NCBI GenBank assembly: GCA_025201805.1
Contig: MU619262.1
Coordinates: 128,677-192,676 of the forward strand
Length of the DNA stretch: 64,000 bases
Direction of reading: 5' to 3'
Source: Parasitella parasitica NRRL 2501
Taxonomy: Eukaryota > Fungi > Mucoromycota
Positions 62,783 through 64,000 of the stretch are shown here, one piece after another (position 1 is the first letter of the stretch; every line of letters begins with the position of its first letter). The notes under the pieces were generated by a model, which did no database searches, was not told where the DNA came from, and saw only the letters and a program-made list of their open reading frames with translations. The translations under genes were made by a program, and so were the position numbers.

Positions 62783-63859
62783 TTAGCGCAATTGAACATA
62801 CTGACAAGCTACACATGTAGACCATTTTTTCTCGTTTTCTAATGTACACTGAGGACAAGACCAATAATCACCTTCAACAATAACATCATAGGGCCTTTCC
62901 GTTTGACAGATTTGACAGGCTAGCGTAATTGGTCCATTGAGAAAAGTGCAAGCAGGGCAGGCCCATCCGTCCTGGTTTGACGTATGGGAATCAGCTGTAC
63001 GTTTCTTCTTTGACTGAGCCTCCATTATTTTGGGTATATTGAGGCTAAGCCTTCTTTTGGGTCCTTGGTTATTACCAGAAAGCGGGGAGGATACAGCAGG
63101 AGACGATGCAGCAGATGAAGAAGGGCTGCTTTCTTGCTCTACACTCCCCCCACACCAAACTTTATCCGATTGTCGTTTCTGAGCTGCTCTTGCTGCTAGC
63201 TGTGAAGGCGTCATATTCTTGATGTGGCTGCCTCCCAATCTAATTCCATCTGCTGGCAGCATGATTTTTGCTGTCTGCAATCTTTTCTCGGCTGCTTTTG
63301 CTGCTATTTCATTACTCAAATGTCTCGGCACTGACCGTGACCCTAACTTGTTTCCGTCTGAATAGAACCCTTCTCCTCTATATCCTGACGAAATGAGGAT
63401 TTCCGTCTCCTGTTTCAATTCATCCAGTAATTGATAAAACTTTTCGTCATGAGGGCCTCTTACGATATGAGCCATCCTAGCAAGAAAGATGAATACGCAA
63501 TCATGCACATAATATATTGCCTTACTCGTGCAACAGCGTTCCTAATATGTCTTCATATTCCAAAAACTGCGTCTCATCATGGTGTGGCCTCAGTCGCAGG
63601 TTGATCTTCCATCCTCTGTTTACATTCATACCTTGAGGTAATGTTAGCATTTGATACAAACGCCCAGAGTCATCAGACGCTTTATACCTAGCAGATTGGG
63701 ATTTGATGGAAAGAATTCAACCAGATTCTTTATGGTCCATTTATGGTTTGTTAATACAGGTTTCACTTGAGATGCTAAACGCTTTAATAACTGCAATGCT
63801 TCATCGTGCCGAGGCTTCTTTACCAACACTTTGTATTCTTTTGTTGGGTTGTTGTCCAT
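62783..63859 (-). CDS. WSS1: WLM-family metalloprotease (Wss1-like) with two C-terminal RanBP2-type zinc fingers
   Basis: LVEFFPSNPNLL|GMNVNRGWKINLRLR, TLLHE|MAHIVRGPHD (HExxH); WACPACTFLN and WSCPQCTLEN fingers. Confidence 0.9.
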
Positions 63860-64000
63860 AGGTAGGCGAAAGAGGAATGAAAAAAAGGTGCAGTACTACG
63901 GATTAACAACAGTGATTGAATGCATCAGCGTGACTATTCTGAGTCCAATGCAAATCACATTGATCCTCTTTATCTTTGTGAGATACGGTACAGTGTACTG

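Noticed and set aside
10613-63859. Apparent cluster of chromatin/replication genes (HIR1, HP1-like, PRI1, CTF18, WSS1)
   Set aside because: They are dispersed among unrelated housekeeping genes, with no evidence beyond chance.
1-64000. tRNA, rRNA, snRNA genes or CRISPR arrays
   Set aside because: No diagnostic motifs or spaced repeats were seen by eye; a covariance-model scan would be needed to exclude small ncRNAs.

Overview
Eukaryotic, intron-rich, AT-rich fungal genomic DNA. Short GT-AG introns, poly-A/T tracts and the gene content (eEF3, fungal-type GT41, Mic19) point to Mucorales (inference). There are three small assembly gaps. I can support 23 protein-coding genes: AIF/FSP1-like flavoreductase, AGX1 aminotransferase, PCTP-like START protein, a small membrane protein, an LRR protein, HIR1, Yos9/OS-9, Mic19, OGT-like GT41, GPI10/PIG-B, a Crz1-type C2H2 factor, HP1/Swi6-like protein, PTPMT1-like phosphatase, GH5 EGCrP/Egh1-like glycolipid hydrolase, a small mitochondrial protein, eEF3, RUS1/DUF647, PRI1, FOL3, PTC7, CTF18 and WSS1, plus one possible poly-His upstream ORF. 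Two decayed mobile elements are also visible: a Helitron helicase fragment and a probable TnpB/Fanzor-like relic. The best hidden signal is behind the AGX1 stop codon. It reads TGA-CTC and is followed in frame by 16 codons ending Ala-Arg-Leu-stop, a cryptic peroxisomal PTS1 reachable only by stop-codon readthrough. Other signals: a terminal intron in the AIF-like gene that switches between a soluble and a tail-anchored form, an LRRC58-like BC-box/Cys module in the LRR protein, a CaaX box on the GH5 enzyme, and a His11 ORF upstream of FOL3. Gene models were spliced by eye and no database searches were run.
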